64,000 nt of DNA, from positions 96,001-160,000 of IMG/VR virus record IMGVR_UViG_3300049144_000095; one strand, written 5' to 3'. A program made the translations under genes and the position numbers. Shown piece by piece: positions 45,022-53,619 of the stretch. Origin of the DNA: a virus. Its lineage: Duplodnaviria; Caudoviricetes. Position 1 is the stretch's first letter. Every line of letters starts with the position of its first letter. The notes below the pieces were generated by a model, which made no database searches, was not told the origin of the DNA, and saw only the letters and a list, made by a program, of their open reading frames with translations.

Positions 45022-45464
45022 CCTTCCATCATGCGACCGGCAACCTCCTCGACTCCCACTGCACCGGCCTGGTGAACCCCGTGAACTGTGTGGGGGTCGC
45101 CGGGGCCGGACTGGCGAGGCAGTTCAGGGATCGCTGGCCGGTGCAGGTGGCCGAGTACACGAAGTTCTGCCGGGACGGGAAGATGCGGCCGGGCGTCATT
45201 CACGAGGCGCTGCTGCCGACCGGCCAGACCATCCTCAGCGTGCCGACGAAGCGGCACTTCCGGGACCAGTCCCGGCTGGACGATGTCCGGCTCGGGGTGC
45301 GGGCGCTCGCCGAGTGGCTGCGGCGGAGCCCGGTCACGATCGCCATCCCGCCCCTGGGGTGCGGGCTGGGCGGACTACCGAAGGCGGAAGTCCTGGCACT
45401 GATCGAAGAGGAGCTGGGCGAAGCCGAAGTGGACATCTGGTTGTACGACTTCAACGCCATGTGA
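45018..45464 (+). CDS. stand-alone macrodomain protein, DarG-like ADP-ribosylhydrolase (148 aa)
   Basis: GNLL..LVNPVNCVGVAGAGLARQF..PTKRHFR..S.L..+A+PPLGCGLGGL; the PTK lysine (catalytic in DarG) is retained. Confidence 0.9.
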   Translation: MTFHHATGNLLDSHCTGLVNPVNCVGVAGAGLARQFRDRWPVQVAEYTKFCRDGKMRPGVIHEALLPTGQTILSVPTKRHFRDQSRLDDVRLGVRALAEWLRRSPVTIAIPPLGCGLGGLPKAEVLALIEEELGEAEVDIWLYDFNAM

Positions 45465-45481
45465 TCGAAAGGAGGAGGACT

Positions 45482-45808
45482 GTGAGCGAACCCATCAGCG
45501 CCCGGGACCGGCTTCACATCAAGCGCTGCCAAGGCAAGTGCTACATCGATTCGGACCAACCGGACGCAGACTGCCGGAACCTGGACTGGTACCTCGATCG
45601 AATCGAGGAGCAGGCCCTGTACCTGGCGGCAGGGCAGGTGCTCAAACTCCGCCAGAAGGTGGCACGTGAACACGGGGCCGAAGCCGCTCACGGGCTGGTG
45701 CTGGCTGTCAATGCGGTCAGTCCGTACACCCGTCGCACGGACGGCCATCTGATCCGCAAGTCGGACGAGCTGCTGGTCCCCCGGTTCCCCGGGGACGGGG
45801 TGGACTAG
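45482..45808 (+). CDS. hypothetical protein
   Basis: GAAAGGAGGAGG upstream. Confidence 0.8.
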   Translation: MSEPISARDRLHIKRCQGKCYIDSDQPDADCRNLDWYLDRIEEQALYLAAGQVLKLRQKVAREHGAEAAHGLVLAVNAVSPYTRRTDGHLIRKSDELLVPRFPGDGVD

Positions 45809-46092
45809 TGGACGGACAGCGTGCCTACATCACCTTCGACTCGGACAGTACGCTGCGGGTGACCGTCCACGAGGGCTGCGCTCTCTACATGGACGGGACC
45901 CCCGTCCCAGGTATGTCCTGGTCGTTTCCGCTGGCCAGCGACGAGTGCGACCACCTCTTCGGCGCACAGCCCGACCAGCCATTCGCGGACGCGGACCGCC
46001 TCCTGGCCGACCACGGGTGGAACCGTGACGGCACCTGGGTCATGGGGGGCAGCACCTCGGGAACCTATGCACGGGTCACTCGTGCACACTGA
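45808..46092 (+). CDS. hypothetical protein
   Basis: TAGTG overlap. Confidence 0.75.
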   Translation: MDGQRAYITFDSDSTLRVTVHEGCALYMDGTPVPGMSWSFPLASDECDHLFGAQPDQPFADADRLLADHGWNRDGTWVMGGSTSGTYARVTRAH

Positions 46093-46121
46093 CACACAAG
46101 CCACTCGGAAAGGGTGAAGAG

Positions 46122-46448
46122 ATGCAGTTGATGAAGAGCAAGCCGACTTTGAAGGATGTGGACGGCCGGGTGCCCGGCCGGGTCCAGCTCGTCTCCATCA
46201 GACTGGACGAGGACGACCCGAAGCAGATGTGCACGTTCTTCGAGGAGGAGTCCGGCAAGAGGGACCCCTACCTGCGGGCCGAAGGGCTCATGCGGAGCCT
46301 GGAGGACGACTGGCCGGAGCACGAGTGGGCCATGATCGGCAACTGGCGGGCCCGCTACCTCCTCTGGGCCTGGAACATGGAGAACATGGGGCTCGACTTC
46401 GGAGAGGATGCCCTGTCGCCGCAGGCATACCTCGACACCTTCGAGTAA
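46122..46448 (+). CDS. acidic hypothetical protein
   Basis: TCGGAAAGGGTGAAG upstream. Confidence 0.8.
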   Translation: MQLMKSKPTLKDVDGRVPGRVQLVSIRLDEDDPKQMCTFFEEESGKRDPYLRAEGLMRSLEDDWPEHEWAMIGNWRARYLLWAWNMENMGLDFGEDALSPQAYLDTFE

Positions 46449-46473
46449 CCCGACCTCGAAAACGGAGAAAACC

Positions 46474-46809
46474 ATGAAGCCAGCCCCTCTGGACTACGAC
46501 ACGGACGCCGACAACTTCCTCAAGGCAGTGTTCACGGTGCCGCCCTGGGAGGCGGATGTGACCAACCCCAGTGTGCCCGGCGGGCCTACGGTGCGGCCGG
46601 AGCATGTCGTGATCCTCTTCCGGCTGGGCAAGGACCGCCGCTGGTACCCCGACATCATCAACGTGGTGGGGCCCAAGATCACCGGCCCCGGCAAGCGGAC
46701 CAAGCGGCACTACGAGGTGCCCTTCACGAACGTCGCCGAAGGTGACTCGGGTGCGCCGGACTACGCGGTCGCCGAGGCTGAGGCCCTGGCTGCGAAGCTC
46801 AACGCCTGA
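46474..46809 (+). CDS. hypothetical protein (paralog of 15365-15673)
   Basis: ACGGAGAAAA upstream. Confidence 0.8.
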   Translation: MKPAPLDYDTDADNFLKAVFTVPPWEADVTNPSVPGGPTVRPEHVVILFRLGKDRRWYPDIINVVGPKITGPGKRTKRHYEVPFTNVAEGDSGAPDYAVAEAEALAAKLNA

Positions 46810-46880
46810 GGTGCTTCAGTGTGGGCCCGGCTACGGCCGGGCTCTCGCTGTGGAATCTCACGGAAAGGGAGAATAAACGC

Positions 46881-47219
46881 ATGATCGTGGTTTCACCCGG
46901 CATAAAGTTGCGAATCAAAGACAGGTCCAGCTTCGCCACGCAGACTCTCGTCACCCTCTCGTCCCTCATGCTGAAGTACGACGAGGAGATCACGGACGCC
47001 GCGTACAGCGATCGTCTGGCGCATAACGGCCTGGCGGTGTGGCTCCGCGTGGAGCCGATGGTCCTCAGCTCACGGCGCCTGCCGCAGGCCGTGGAGGTTG
47101 AGATCGGCTACGGAGACGAGATCCTGATCGAGGTCGGCCGCAAGGAGGAGCGCGGCGCCTGGCTGGTGGCCCCACCTCTGGTCGGAGACGCCTGCCGTCT
47201 CGTACGCAGGGAGAGCTGA
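46881..47219 (+). CDS. hypothetical protein
   Basis: ACGGAAAGGGAG upstream. Confidence 0.75.
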   Translation: MIVVSPGIKLRIKDRSSFATQTLVTLSSLMLKYDEEITDAAYSDRLAHNGLAVWLRVEPMVLSSRRLPQAVEVEIGYGDEILIEVGRKEERGAWLVAPPLVGDACRLVRRES

Positions 47220-47221
47220 CG

Positions 47222-47470
47222 GTGGCCGCACTCGACGGTTTCCCGCTTCCCACCACGGCTCGGCACGACAAGGACGGCAACCACGTTCCGCCCTTCATTG
47301 CGGAGTGGCGGGCCGCCGCCGACCCGACGTCACCCGCATACGACCCGGACCGTGCGGCGTCCGGCCGGGAGGTGGAGCGGGATCAGCAGCAGAAGGCGCT
47401 GTTCCATGCCCACCTGGAAGAGCACCGGCGCCGGGGTGAACCGGATGTCACGATGGAAGACAAGTACTGA
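47222..47470 (+). CDS. hypothetical protein
   Basis: GGGAGAG upstream. Confidence 0.65.
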   Translation: MAALDGFPLPTTARHDKDGNHVPPFIAEWRAAADPTSPAYDPDRAASGREVERDQQQKALFHAHLEEHRRRGEPDVTMEDKY

Positions 47471-47487
47471 GGAAAGAGAGAAGAGAC

Positions 47488-47754
47488 ATGCACCGGAGCG
47501 AGATCAACGAGGACGTGAAGGTCGAGGACTGCGCGTTCGACCTGGATGGCGACTACGGCTACCGGCCGATCCTGCTCACCGCCATCGCGAGCGTGGACGG
47601 CAGCGACGTGGCTGTCCCGGTCGACCAGGACAGTCCGGAGGGGATGATCCTGGCCCTCACCGAGGAGCAGGGCATGCAGGCGCTGCTCCTGCTGGCCCGG
47701 CAGCTCGGCAAGGACAAGAGCCTGGAGGCCATCACGAAGGACGAGGAGGGGTGA
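47488..47754 (+). CDS. acidic hypothetical protein
   Basis: GGAAAGAGAGAAGAG upstream. Confidence 0.8.
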   Translation: MHRSEINEDVKVEDCAFDLDGDYGYRPILLTAIASVDGSDVAVPVDQDSPEGMILALTEEQGMQALLLLARQLGKDKSLEAITKDEEG

Positions 47755-48137
47755 AGGTGCTTCTCACATCCGCCAGCGAGATCCTTCAGAGTCCGACGAG
47801 GGTGGTTCCTGAGGTCGGCATGGCTGCTTCGGTCATCACGTTCACCGACCGGGAACCGGTCACGGTTGTCGAGGTCATCCCCTTCAAGTCCGGCCCCCTC
47901 AAGGGGCAGGCCCGGGAGGTCGTTGTCACGTATGACGACTGGAAGGTGGTGTCCGGCAGCGAGCACGACGGCTCGGCGGTCTACGAGTACACCTCGAATC
48001 CCGACGGCCATCAGCAGTCATTCGTCCTGAGTACGCGGGGGCGCCGGGTCGGGCACTGGCTCCAGAAGGGGACGGGCGGCATCGGATACTCCTTGGTGCT
48101 GGGCTACCGCGAGCGGTACCGGAATCCGCACTTCTGA
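47751..48137 (+). CDS. conserved phage-type hypothetical protein
   Basis: PEVGM.A....DR..VTV..YEY..NP.G..L.LGYRE.Y.NP.F motif. Confidence 0.8.
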   Translation: MKVLLTSASEILQSPTRVVPEVGMAASVITFTDREPVTVVEVIPFKSGPLKGQAREVVVTYDDWKVVSGSEHDGSAVYEYTSNPDGHQQSFVLSTRGRRVGHWLQKGTGGIGYSLVLGYRERYRNPHF

Positions 48138-48165
48138 ACCCTTTCCGGCTGAGGCGACGTCACGC

Positions 48166-48182
48166 TACAATGGCCTAGGCCG
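48166..48182 (+). promoter_or_regulatory. -10-like TACAAT fused to palindrome site 9 (TGGCCTAGGCCG)
   Basis: Intergenic. Confidence 0.75.
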
Positions 48183-48213
48183 AAAGTAGTGCACGCTGGA
48201 AAGGGGAAGGTGA

Positions 48214-48306
48214 ATGGCCGAACAGAAGACCGAGGCGGGTCTGCCCAGGCGGGAACCGGGTGCGACCAACCCCCCGGCACCGGGGCCTCGTCCGCCGCAG
48301 GAGTAG
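48214..48306 (+). CDS. Pro-rich micro-peptide (30 aa)
   Basis: GGAAAGGGGAAGG upstream; not in ORF track. Confidence 0.4.
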   Translation: MAEQKTEAGLPRREPGATNPPAPGPRPPQE

Positions 48307-48384
48307 TTCCGTACTGCTCTTGACCGTTCAACGAGAGGGCGTCGAAACTGGCGCCCTCTGTTCCATGTTCGGGAAAGGCTGGAA

Positions 48385-48690
48385 ATGACTCCCAGGGAAC
48401 TCTTTGCTGGCACAATTCCTGGCCCGTGCTGGGTGCATGGCAGCGACCTCGGGGTGGACGAGGACGGTGGCCTCTGGGTCCGGGCCACGGCGCACCTCAA
48501 GGAAGGCCTGGCATCCCGGGTGCACCCGCTCGGGGAGAGAATCACCATGAAAGACTTCCGGGAGTACTCCATACTCACTCCCGAGGGGCAGACCATCCTG
48601 GATCCTCGTCACCGAACTGAACCACTCTGGCGGCGAGTTCAGGAGTTGAGCGCCGAATCGATCGGCAGCGACTGGATCGCCGTCCACTGA
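48385..48690 (+). CDS. hypothetical protein (paralog of 57709-58014)
   Basis: WV..DLGVD.DG.LWVR..WI.V. Confidence 0.7.
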   Translation: MTPRELFAGTIPGPCWVHGSDLGVDEDGGLWVRATAHLKEGLASRVHPLGERITMKDFREYSILTPEGQTILDPRHRTEPLWRRVQELSAESIGSDWIAVH

Positions 48691-48716
48691 CGGCACACGG
48701 AAAGAGAGAAGAGACG

Positions 48717-49136
48717 ATGGAGCCGTTCGAGTACCGGAATCGGTTCGCCGACCGCTTCGCCGAGAGGGCCGCCGACAGCGACTACTCCCGCTACAGCCAG
48801 CTTCAGGACACCACTTCGGAGGACATCCGGGCGGCGGCCGAGGCCCTGTGGTGGAAGAAGTGGCGCAGCCCGGAGGACTACAGCGAGCAGGTCACGGAGG
48901 CGGACGTCATCGAGGCCCTGCTCGCCAAGGCCGAGTACTACAGCGACGACAACCACCTGGTCTCGGTCGTCTACGAGACCTACTGGGACATGACGGACAA
49001 GCTCGGCCTGCCGTCCGGCCTGCTCCAGCAGATGGAGAAGGCGTTGTCCCGGAAGTACCTCGACGAGAAGCGGGCCGAGGGCTTCGCGGTGGTCAACAAC
49101 GACCACGGCATCTGGCTGTACCGGTTCGAGGGCTGA
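48717..49136 (+). CDS. acidic hypothetical protein, weakly ArdA-like
   Basis: ACGGAAAGAGAGAAGAG upstream; EYYSDD..VYE.Y..LP..L..G..+YR layout. Confidence 0.75.
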   Translation: MEPFEYRNRFADRFAERAADSDYSRYSQLQDTTSEDIRAAAEALWWKKWRSPEDYSEQVTEADVIEALLAKAEYYSDDNHLVSVVYETYWDMTDKLGLPSGLLQQMEKALSRKYLDEKRAEGFAVVNNDHGIWLYRFEG

Positions 49137-49141
49137 CGACC

Positions 49142-49711
49142 ATGGAGATCATGGAGATCAACTGCGCCCGGAAGTGCAACGGATGCCAGCTCGGCAAGCA
49201 CGTCTGCGGTGGACGCGAGTGCGACGGCCAGGGCTGCTGCGCCTGCCAGGGTGAGACATCCCTCGCCATCCACAAGGATGCGGACGAAGGGGGCTGCCGC
49301 GACCCCCGCATGGAGAGCTGGAGCGGGTCGGCTCGCCTCGACTGGATCGCCGGTGGACGTCAGGTCGGGCAGGAGAGCCTGACCTTCACGGTCCACTGCA
49401 TGGAACAGCCACAGGAGCCGGGCCTGAAGCCCATCGACATGCGGCGCCTGGTGACCCTTCAGCTTGTGTGCGCGGAAGCACGGAAGCGTTACGGCGTGCC
49501 CCCTCGCTCGGTGCGTGTGGACGTGGAAATGGGGCTGGACGACTCCACCACCGAGCCGGTCCTGAGCCGCGCTCGCTGGCGGCTGGGTCAGGGCTTCTGC
49601 CACGGCATGGGAATCCTGGGCGTCGCCTCTCCCCCGCCGGGTGCCCGCCTGGCCGACATCCACGAGCAGCAGCACCCCTCGCCCGCGACTACCGAAGAGA
49701 GTTCGACATGA
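49142..49711 (+). CDS. Cys-rich hypothetical protein
   Basis: C..KC..C..H.C..C..CC.C N-terminus. Confidence 0.7.
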   Translation: MEIMEINCARKCNGCQLGKHVCGGRECDGQGCCACQGETSLAIHKDADEGGCRDPRMESWSGSARLDWIAGGRQVGQESLTFTVHCMEQPQEPGLKPIDMRRLVTLQLVCAEARKRYGVPPRSVRVDVEMGLDDSTTEPVLSRARWRLGQGFCHGMGILGVASPPPGARLADIHEQQHPSPATTEESST

Positions 49712-50730
49712 ACGCAACCAACGACATCACGCCCCTCGGCACTCCCGTCGCGAACACCGACACCCTGGAGGACTCCGCCCTCCTGGCCGCCCTGGACTCC
49801 CGTGACGGGACACTGGACACCCCGGACGGAACCCGCCTGGTCTCCCAGGGGCTCGCCACGACCGACGGTGACGGCAGCTACTTCCTCAGCGCGCTGGGCC
49901 GCGAGAGGGCCGAGGAGATGCGCGCCCGCGAGCGCGACCTGATCAGCGACGACATGCTGCGTGTGATCACGAAGCACGTACCTCGTGCTACCGCCCGGAG
50001 CGCCGGGTGGATCTCCGGGGTCACCTGGTACGAGGAGCGCCCCTACATCGACCTGGTCCGCCCGGCCGACCTGCCCGCCAAGGCGTTCCCGCAGCGCATG
50101 CGAGACCTCCTCGCCGCCGTCCACCACGACGCCCGTTCGGTGCTCGGACTGTTCTCCGAGGTCGACGGGAACCGGCTGCTGTTCGGTGCCCTGCGTCCGT
50201 CCCCCCGGGGGGTGACGCCCCGACTGGGGGAGCCCGACGATGAGCGGGACAAGCGCATCGCCGCCAGCGGCCACGCTGACGCCGTCTGGAGCGACCTGTG
50301 CGCCTCCGACGGACGTCCTTCGGTTCATGCTGCCTGGGCTCCGGGTGATGGCAAGGGTCAGGCGCCGATGGGGTATGCCTTCCACTACGCCAGTCGCACC
50401 GCCCTCCTGACCCTGGAGGACGGTGACCAGTACACCGTCAGCTTCGGCGTCAGCGGCCAGCCCGATGCGGGCCGGACCTGGACCGGACATCGCGCGGACG
50501 TGGCGGTCAAGGCGATGGCCCGGGATCTGTACGGCACGCTGTGCGCCCACGAGTACGGCACCGGACGCGACTCGTGCCCCGGCTGCGACTACACGGGAGA
50601 GGAGTTCGAGTCCGCCCACAAGGGTGAGCTGACGGTCATGCCGGGCAGTCTGCCCAAGCTCACCCGCGTGGTCTTCGACGACTCCCTCGCCCCTCTCAAC
50701 GTCATCCACAAGGTGCACCCCGAGGGCTGA
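49708..50730 (+). CDS. multi-domain hypothetical protein (340 aa): N-terminal wHTH-like segment, C-terminal C.H..CxxC
   Basis: L.SQGL..YFLSALG; LCAHEY..CPGCD; ATGA overlap. Confidence 0.8.
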   Translation: MNATNDITPLGTPVANTDTLEDSALLAALDSRDGTLDTPDGTRLVSQGLATTDGDGSYFLSALGRERAEEMRARERDLISDDMLRVITKHVPRATARSAGWISGVTWYEERPYIDLVRPADLPAKAFPQRMRDLLAAVHHDARSVLGLFSEVDGNRLLFGALRPSPRGVTPRLGEPDDERDKRIAASGHADAVWSDLCASDGRPSVHAAWAPGDGKGQAPMGYAFHYASRTALLTLEDGDQYTVSFGVSGQPDAGRTWTGHRADVAVKAMARDLYGTLCAHEYGTGRDSCPGCDYTGEEFESAHKGELTVMPGSLPKLTRVVFDDSLAPLNVIHKVHPEG

Positions 50731-50774
50731 GAGCGGCCCGGTGCGCCGCTGTTCATCCGCGCACTCGGCTCACT

Positions 50775-50812
50775 CAAGGGCGGCCCTTTCCGGGGTCGCC
50801 CTTGTTTCATTT
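50775..50812 (+). terminator. intrinsic terminator-like hairpin
   Basis: 12-bp stem CAAGGGCGGCCC/GGGTCGCCCTTG plus TTTCATTT. Confidence 0.7.
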
Positions 50813-50818
50813 CCGGAG

Positions 50819-50830
50819 TGACCTAGGCCG
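50819..50830. promoter_or_regulatory. Palindromic operator-like site 10 (TGACCTAGGCCG)
   Basis: Right after the terminator; intergenic. Confidence 0.75.
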
Positions 50831-50866
50831 ATGGCTGGTAGACTCCGCACAACGGAAGGAGAGGAA

Positions 50867-51355
50867 ATGCACGAGGAGTTGATCAGGTTCCCGGGAGTCG
50901 GCGGGACCTGGTCGGACGCGGGAGAGGGCCGCATGTACGTGTACGCCGTCGTCCCTCGGCCCGTCGACTACCCGGACAACTGCATCGTCGAGAACATGAT
51001 CGTCCTCACGGAGCCCGACGCCCCGGTGAGCGACATCCGCCCCCTGTGGGGGGATCCAGCCTCGGCCGCCGAGGAAAAGGCGGCCCGGCGAGACGCGGCC
51101 CGCCTGATGGACCGTGAGGGCTTCGCCGTGAAGGCGGCCTCGGTCCGTTCCTTGGTATCCCTCGACAGCTTCTCCGTGGACATGCTGGCCGCTGTCTTCA
51201 TGGGGTCAACCCACCACAGCCTCCAGGTTTCTGGGGGTGGCACCTTCTGGGAGGCTGCCCGGGAAGATCTCACCGTCGCTGGCACCCAGCTTCTGGACCG
51301 GCTTCACAGCGCCTTCGGCGTCGAGCCGGTCCTGCTGACCTTCCTGGACACCTGA
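50867..51355 (+). CDS. hypothetical protein
   Basis: ACGGAAGGAGAGG upstream. Confidence 0.8.
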   Translation: MHEELIRFPGVGGTWSDAGEGRMYVYAVVPRPVDYPDNCIVENMIVLTEPDAPVSDIRPLWGDPASAAEEKAARRDAARLMDREGFAVKAASVRSLVSLDSFSVDMLAAVFMGSTHHSLQVSGGGTFWEAAREDLTVAGTQLLDRLHSAFGVEPVLLTFLDT

Positions 51356-51401
51356 CAACCCGTCGGAGGCGACAGCCCGACATCGGAAAGAGAGAAGAAG
51401 C

Positions 51402-51905
51402 ATGGAACTCATCCAGTCGCATCACGCGCCTGGGCCGGGCCCGATCCACATCGAGGCGCCGGAGCTTCCGGTCGAGATCACCGTCCGCTCGGACGTCGAG
51501 TACCGGCAGGTTCACGTCATGGTCGACCGGGGACTGGGTGCACACGCCAGGTCCGGAGGCGCCGGAGGCCGGGAGCTGCACGTCGTCGTCGGCCGTCCCG
51601 GCATGGTGGCCTGGATCGCCAGTCTCTTCGGGCGGCAGAGTTCCGCCACCTCCGGGGGTTCCGTCAAGGCCGGGCGAAAGTCTGTCGTTGCGGGCGGGAG
51701 CATCGACTCCAATGCCATCGGCAAGGGCGCCAGGGTCACCATCGACGGACAGCCGGTGCAGCGCAAGGGACCTGGGGTCCACCTGACCGTGCCCCCGGGA
51801 TGCACCTTCGATGTCCGCGCGCACGACGGCATCAGGGTGCACTACAACATGACCGAGATGACCATCGAGACGGCAGTCGAGATCGGCATTCTGGAGCGTG
51901 CCTGA
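51402..51905 (+). CDS. Gly-rich beta-structured hypothetical protein
   Basis: TCGGAAAGAGAGAAGAAG upstream. Confidence 0.8.
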   Translation: MELIQSHHAPGPGPIHIEAPELPVEITVRSDVEYRQVHVMVDRGLGAHARSGGAGGRELHVVVGRPGMVAWIASLFGRQSSATSGGSVKAGRKSVVAGGSIDSNAIGKGARVTIDGQPVQRKGPGVHLTVPPGCTFDVRAHDGIRVHYNMTEMTIETAVEIGILERA

Positions 51906-52108
51906 TGTCCGTGGTCGTGGAGGACGGTTACCTCGTGGAACGCTTCTCCGGCGGCCGGTTGCGGAAAGCGCAGATCGTTGCCGAGCGGCCCGAAGGTGCC
52001 TCACACAGCCTGTCCGTCACCACCGAGGACGGACAGAAGTACAGAACCGGATGGTTCTACGCTCCAGGCATCCGCCAGGGTCGCGCTGTTGCGTGGCCCG
52101 CAACCTGA
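51905..52108 (+). CDS. hypothetical protein
   Basis: TGATG overlap. Confidence 0.7.
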   Translation: MSVVVEDGYLVERFSGGRLRKAQIVAERPEGASHSLSVTTEDGQKYRTGWFYAPGIRQGRAVAWPAT

Positions 52109-52138
52109 GCAGCTAGACGGAAAGGGGAGGAATCAAGG

Positions 52139-52537
52139 GTGAACGCATCGCTTACGCCGTTCACGGAGGAGGAGCTGGAGGCCGCCATCGACAGCGTGTC
52201 GATGGGGTACTACCGGCGGGCTTCCGAGCACGACAAGGCCAAGATCCGCTCTTGGCTGCCGGGCCTCCAGGCCATGTCGGACAAGGACTTCGTCGTCGAG
52301 GCCGCGTCGAGGATTCTCGACTCGGCCATCATGAACGGCTATCGGGGCAACGCTTCGGGGATCCACGCCATGGCGGACATCTGCCAGGACGAGGCTGCCC
52401 GGCGCCATCAGGCGGCGGGCCATGCCGCCGACTGCCGGGGCTCCGACTTGTACAGCAGGGCGTACAACCTGGCGCGCACGAACCAGGGCCACAAGGCTAC
52501 GTTCCTGGCCCCTTGCACCTGCGGCTTCGAGAAGTAG
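52139..52537 (+). CDS. hypothetical protein (H..C..H..CxC)
   Basis: ACGGAAAGGGGAGG upstream. Confidence 0.8.
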   Translation: MNASLTPFTEEELEAAIDSVSMGYYRRASEHDKAKIRSWLPGLQAMSDKDFVVEAASRILDSAIMNGYRGNASGIHAMADICQDEAARRHQAAGHAADCRGSDLYSRAYNLARTNQGHKATFLAPCTCGFEK

Positions 52538-52556
52538 TGAGAGCGGGGAGGACGAG

Positions 52557-52844
52557 ATGTTCCAGTACGACATGGTCACCGGGGCCATCGAACTCGGTCG
52601 CGACAGTCAGGCGGTGCAGAACTACAAGGCCGGAACGGGCGCCCTCATCTACGCCTTGAAGGCGGGCGGATGGTCGGACGAGCAGATCGAGAACGGCCTG
52701 CGCACCCACTTCGAGAGCGTGGCCGCCGTTCTGGTGGAGCATCTGCGTTCCCATGCAAGCCAGCAGAACTACAGTGACGCCTTCCGAGCCGTCGCCAGCG
52801 CGCTCATCGACAGGATCGACCCCGCCGAGATCAACGGCAACTGA
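52557..52844 (+). CDS. hypothetical protein
   Basis: GGGGAGG upstream. Confidence 0.8.
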   Translation: MFQYDMVTGAIELGRDSQAVQNYKAGTGALIYALKAGGWSDEQIENGLRTHFESVAAVLVEHLRSHASQQNYSDAFRAVASALIDRIDPAEINGN

Positions 52845-52860
52845 CGAAAGGAGAAGAAGG

Positions 52861-53394
52861 GTGAACGCGAAGAAGTGGCCCTCTCTGGGTGACGTGATTT
52901 TGGTGCAGGACGTGCCGACCACCGACGCCCAGCGGGAGCTGTGGAAGAACCGGCAGCCGCCAACCAGGAAGGGTGAGGTGGTTGAGGTCCCGAACGAGGA
53001 CGGCAGCGGGTTCCTGGTGATCGATGTCGGCGGCGAGTACGGCGGCGTCAACTACGCGGCGCGTGATTTCTCGACGCGGTACGTCTGGAAGCCCACCGGC
53101 GAGAAGGTCGACAGGGAGCAGCAGCGCAGCGAAGCGAGCGCACTGGTGCAGTCGATCCGGCGGCAGGCTGACGGGGCGGTCGAGTACCAGCCGACCATGA
53201 ACATCTACGACGAAGCCGAAGACGGCCCCGCCATGCTCTTGTGCCTGCCCGTCGCGATCGTCGAAACCCTCGTCGACGTGGCGTACCGGCACATCACCCC
53301 GAGCATGGGGCTCGACGGGGCGTTCGTTGACGAGCTGCGCTACCAGCTCGCCGACTACCGGGCTTCTCTCAAGTCCCGGGGGCAGGGAGCATGA
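52861..53394 (+). CDS. hypothetical protein
   Basis: GAAAGGAGAAGAAGG upstream. Confidence 0.8.
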   Translation: MNAKKWPSLGDVILVQDVPTTDAQRELWKNRQPPTRKGEVVEVPNEDGSGFLVIDVGGEYGGVNYAARDFSTRYVWKPTGEKVDREQQRSEASALVQSIRRQADGAVEYQPTMNIYDEAEDGPAMLLCLPVAIVETLVDVAYRHITPSMGLDGAFVDELRYQLADYRASLKSRGQGA

Positions 53395-53618
53395 TCTCGA
53401 TCGAAGACCTGAGTCTCACGTCCATCGACGGTATACGCCACACGACGACCAGCGAGAGCATCGTCGCCGCCGTCGTCTTCGCTGCGAAGCTCGGCCATTC
53501 GACACGGACGGCGTACCGGTTCGTCACCGCGCTCGTCATGGTGAACGCCCTGGACGACATCTCCCAGTGGGAAGACGTCCTTCGCCAGGTCGTGACCCTG
53601 GAAGGGGAGGGCGCCTGA
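53391..53618 (+). CDS. hypothetical protein
   Basis: ATGA overlap. Confidence 0.7.
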   Translation: MISIEDLSLTSIDGIRHTTTSESIVAAVVFAAKLGHSTRTAYRFVTALVMVNALDDISQWEDVLRQVVTLEGEGA

Positions 53619-53619
53619 G

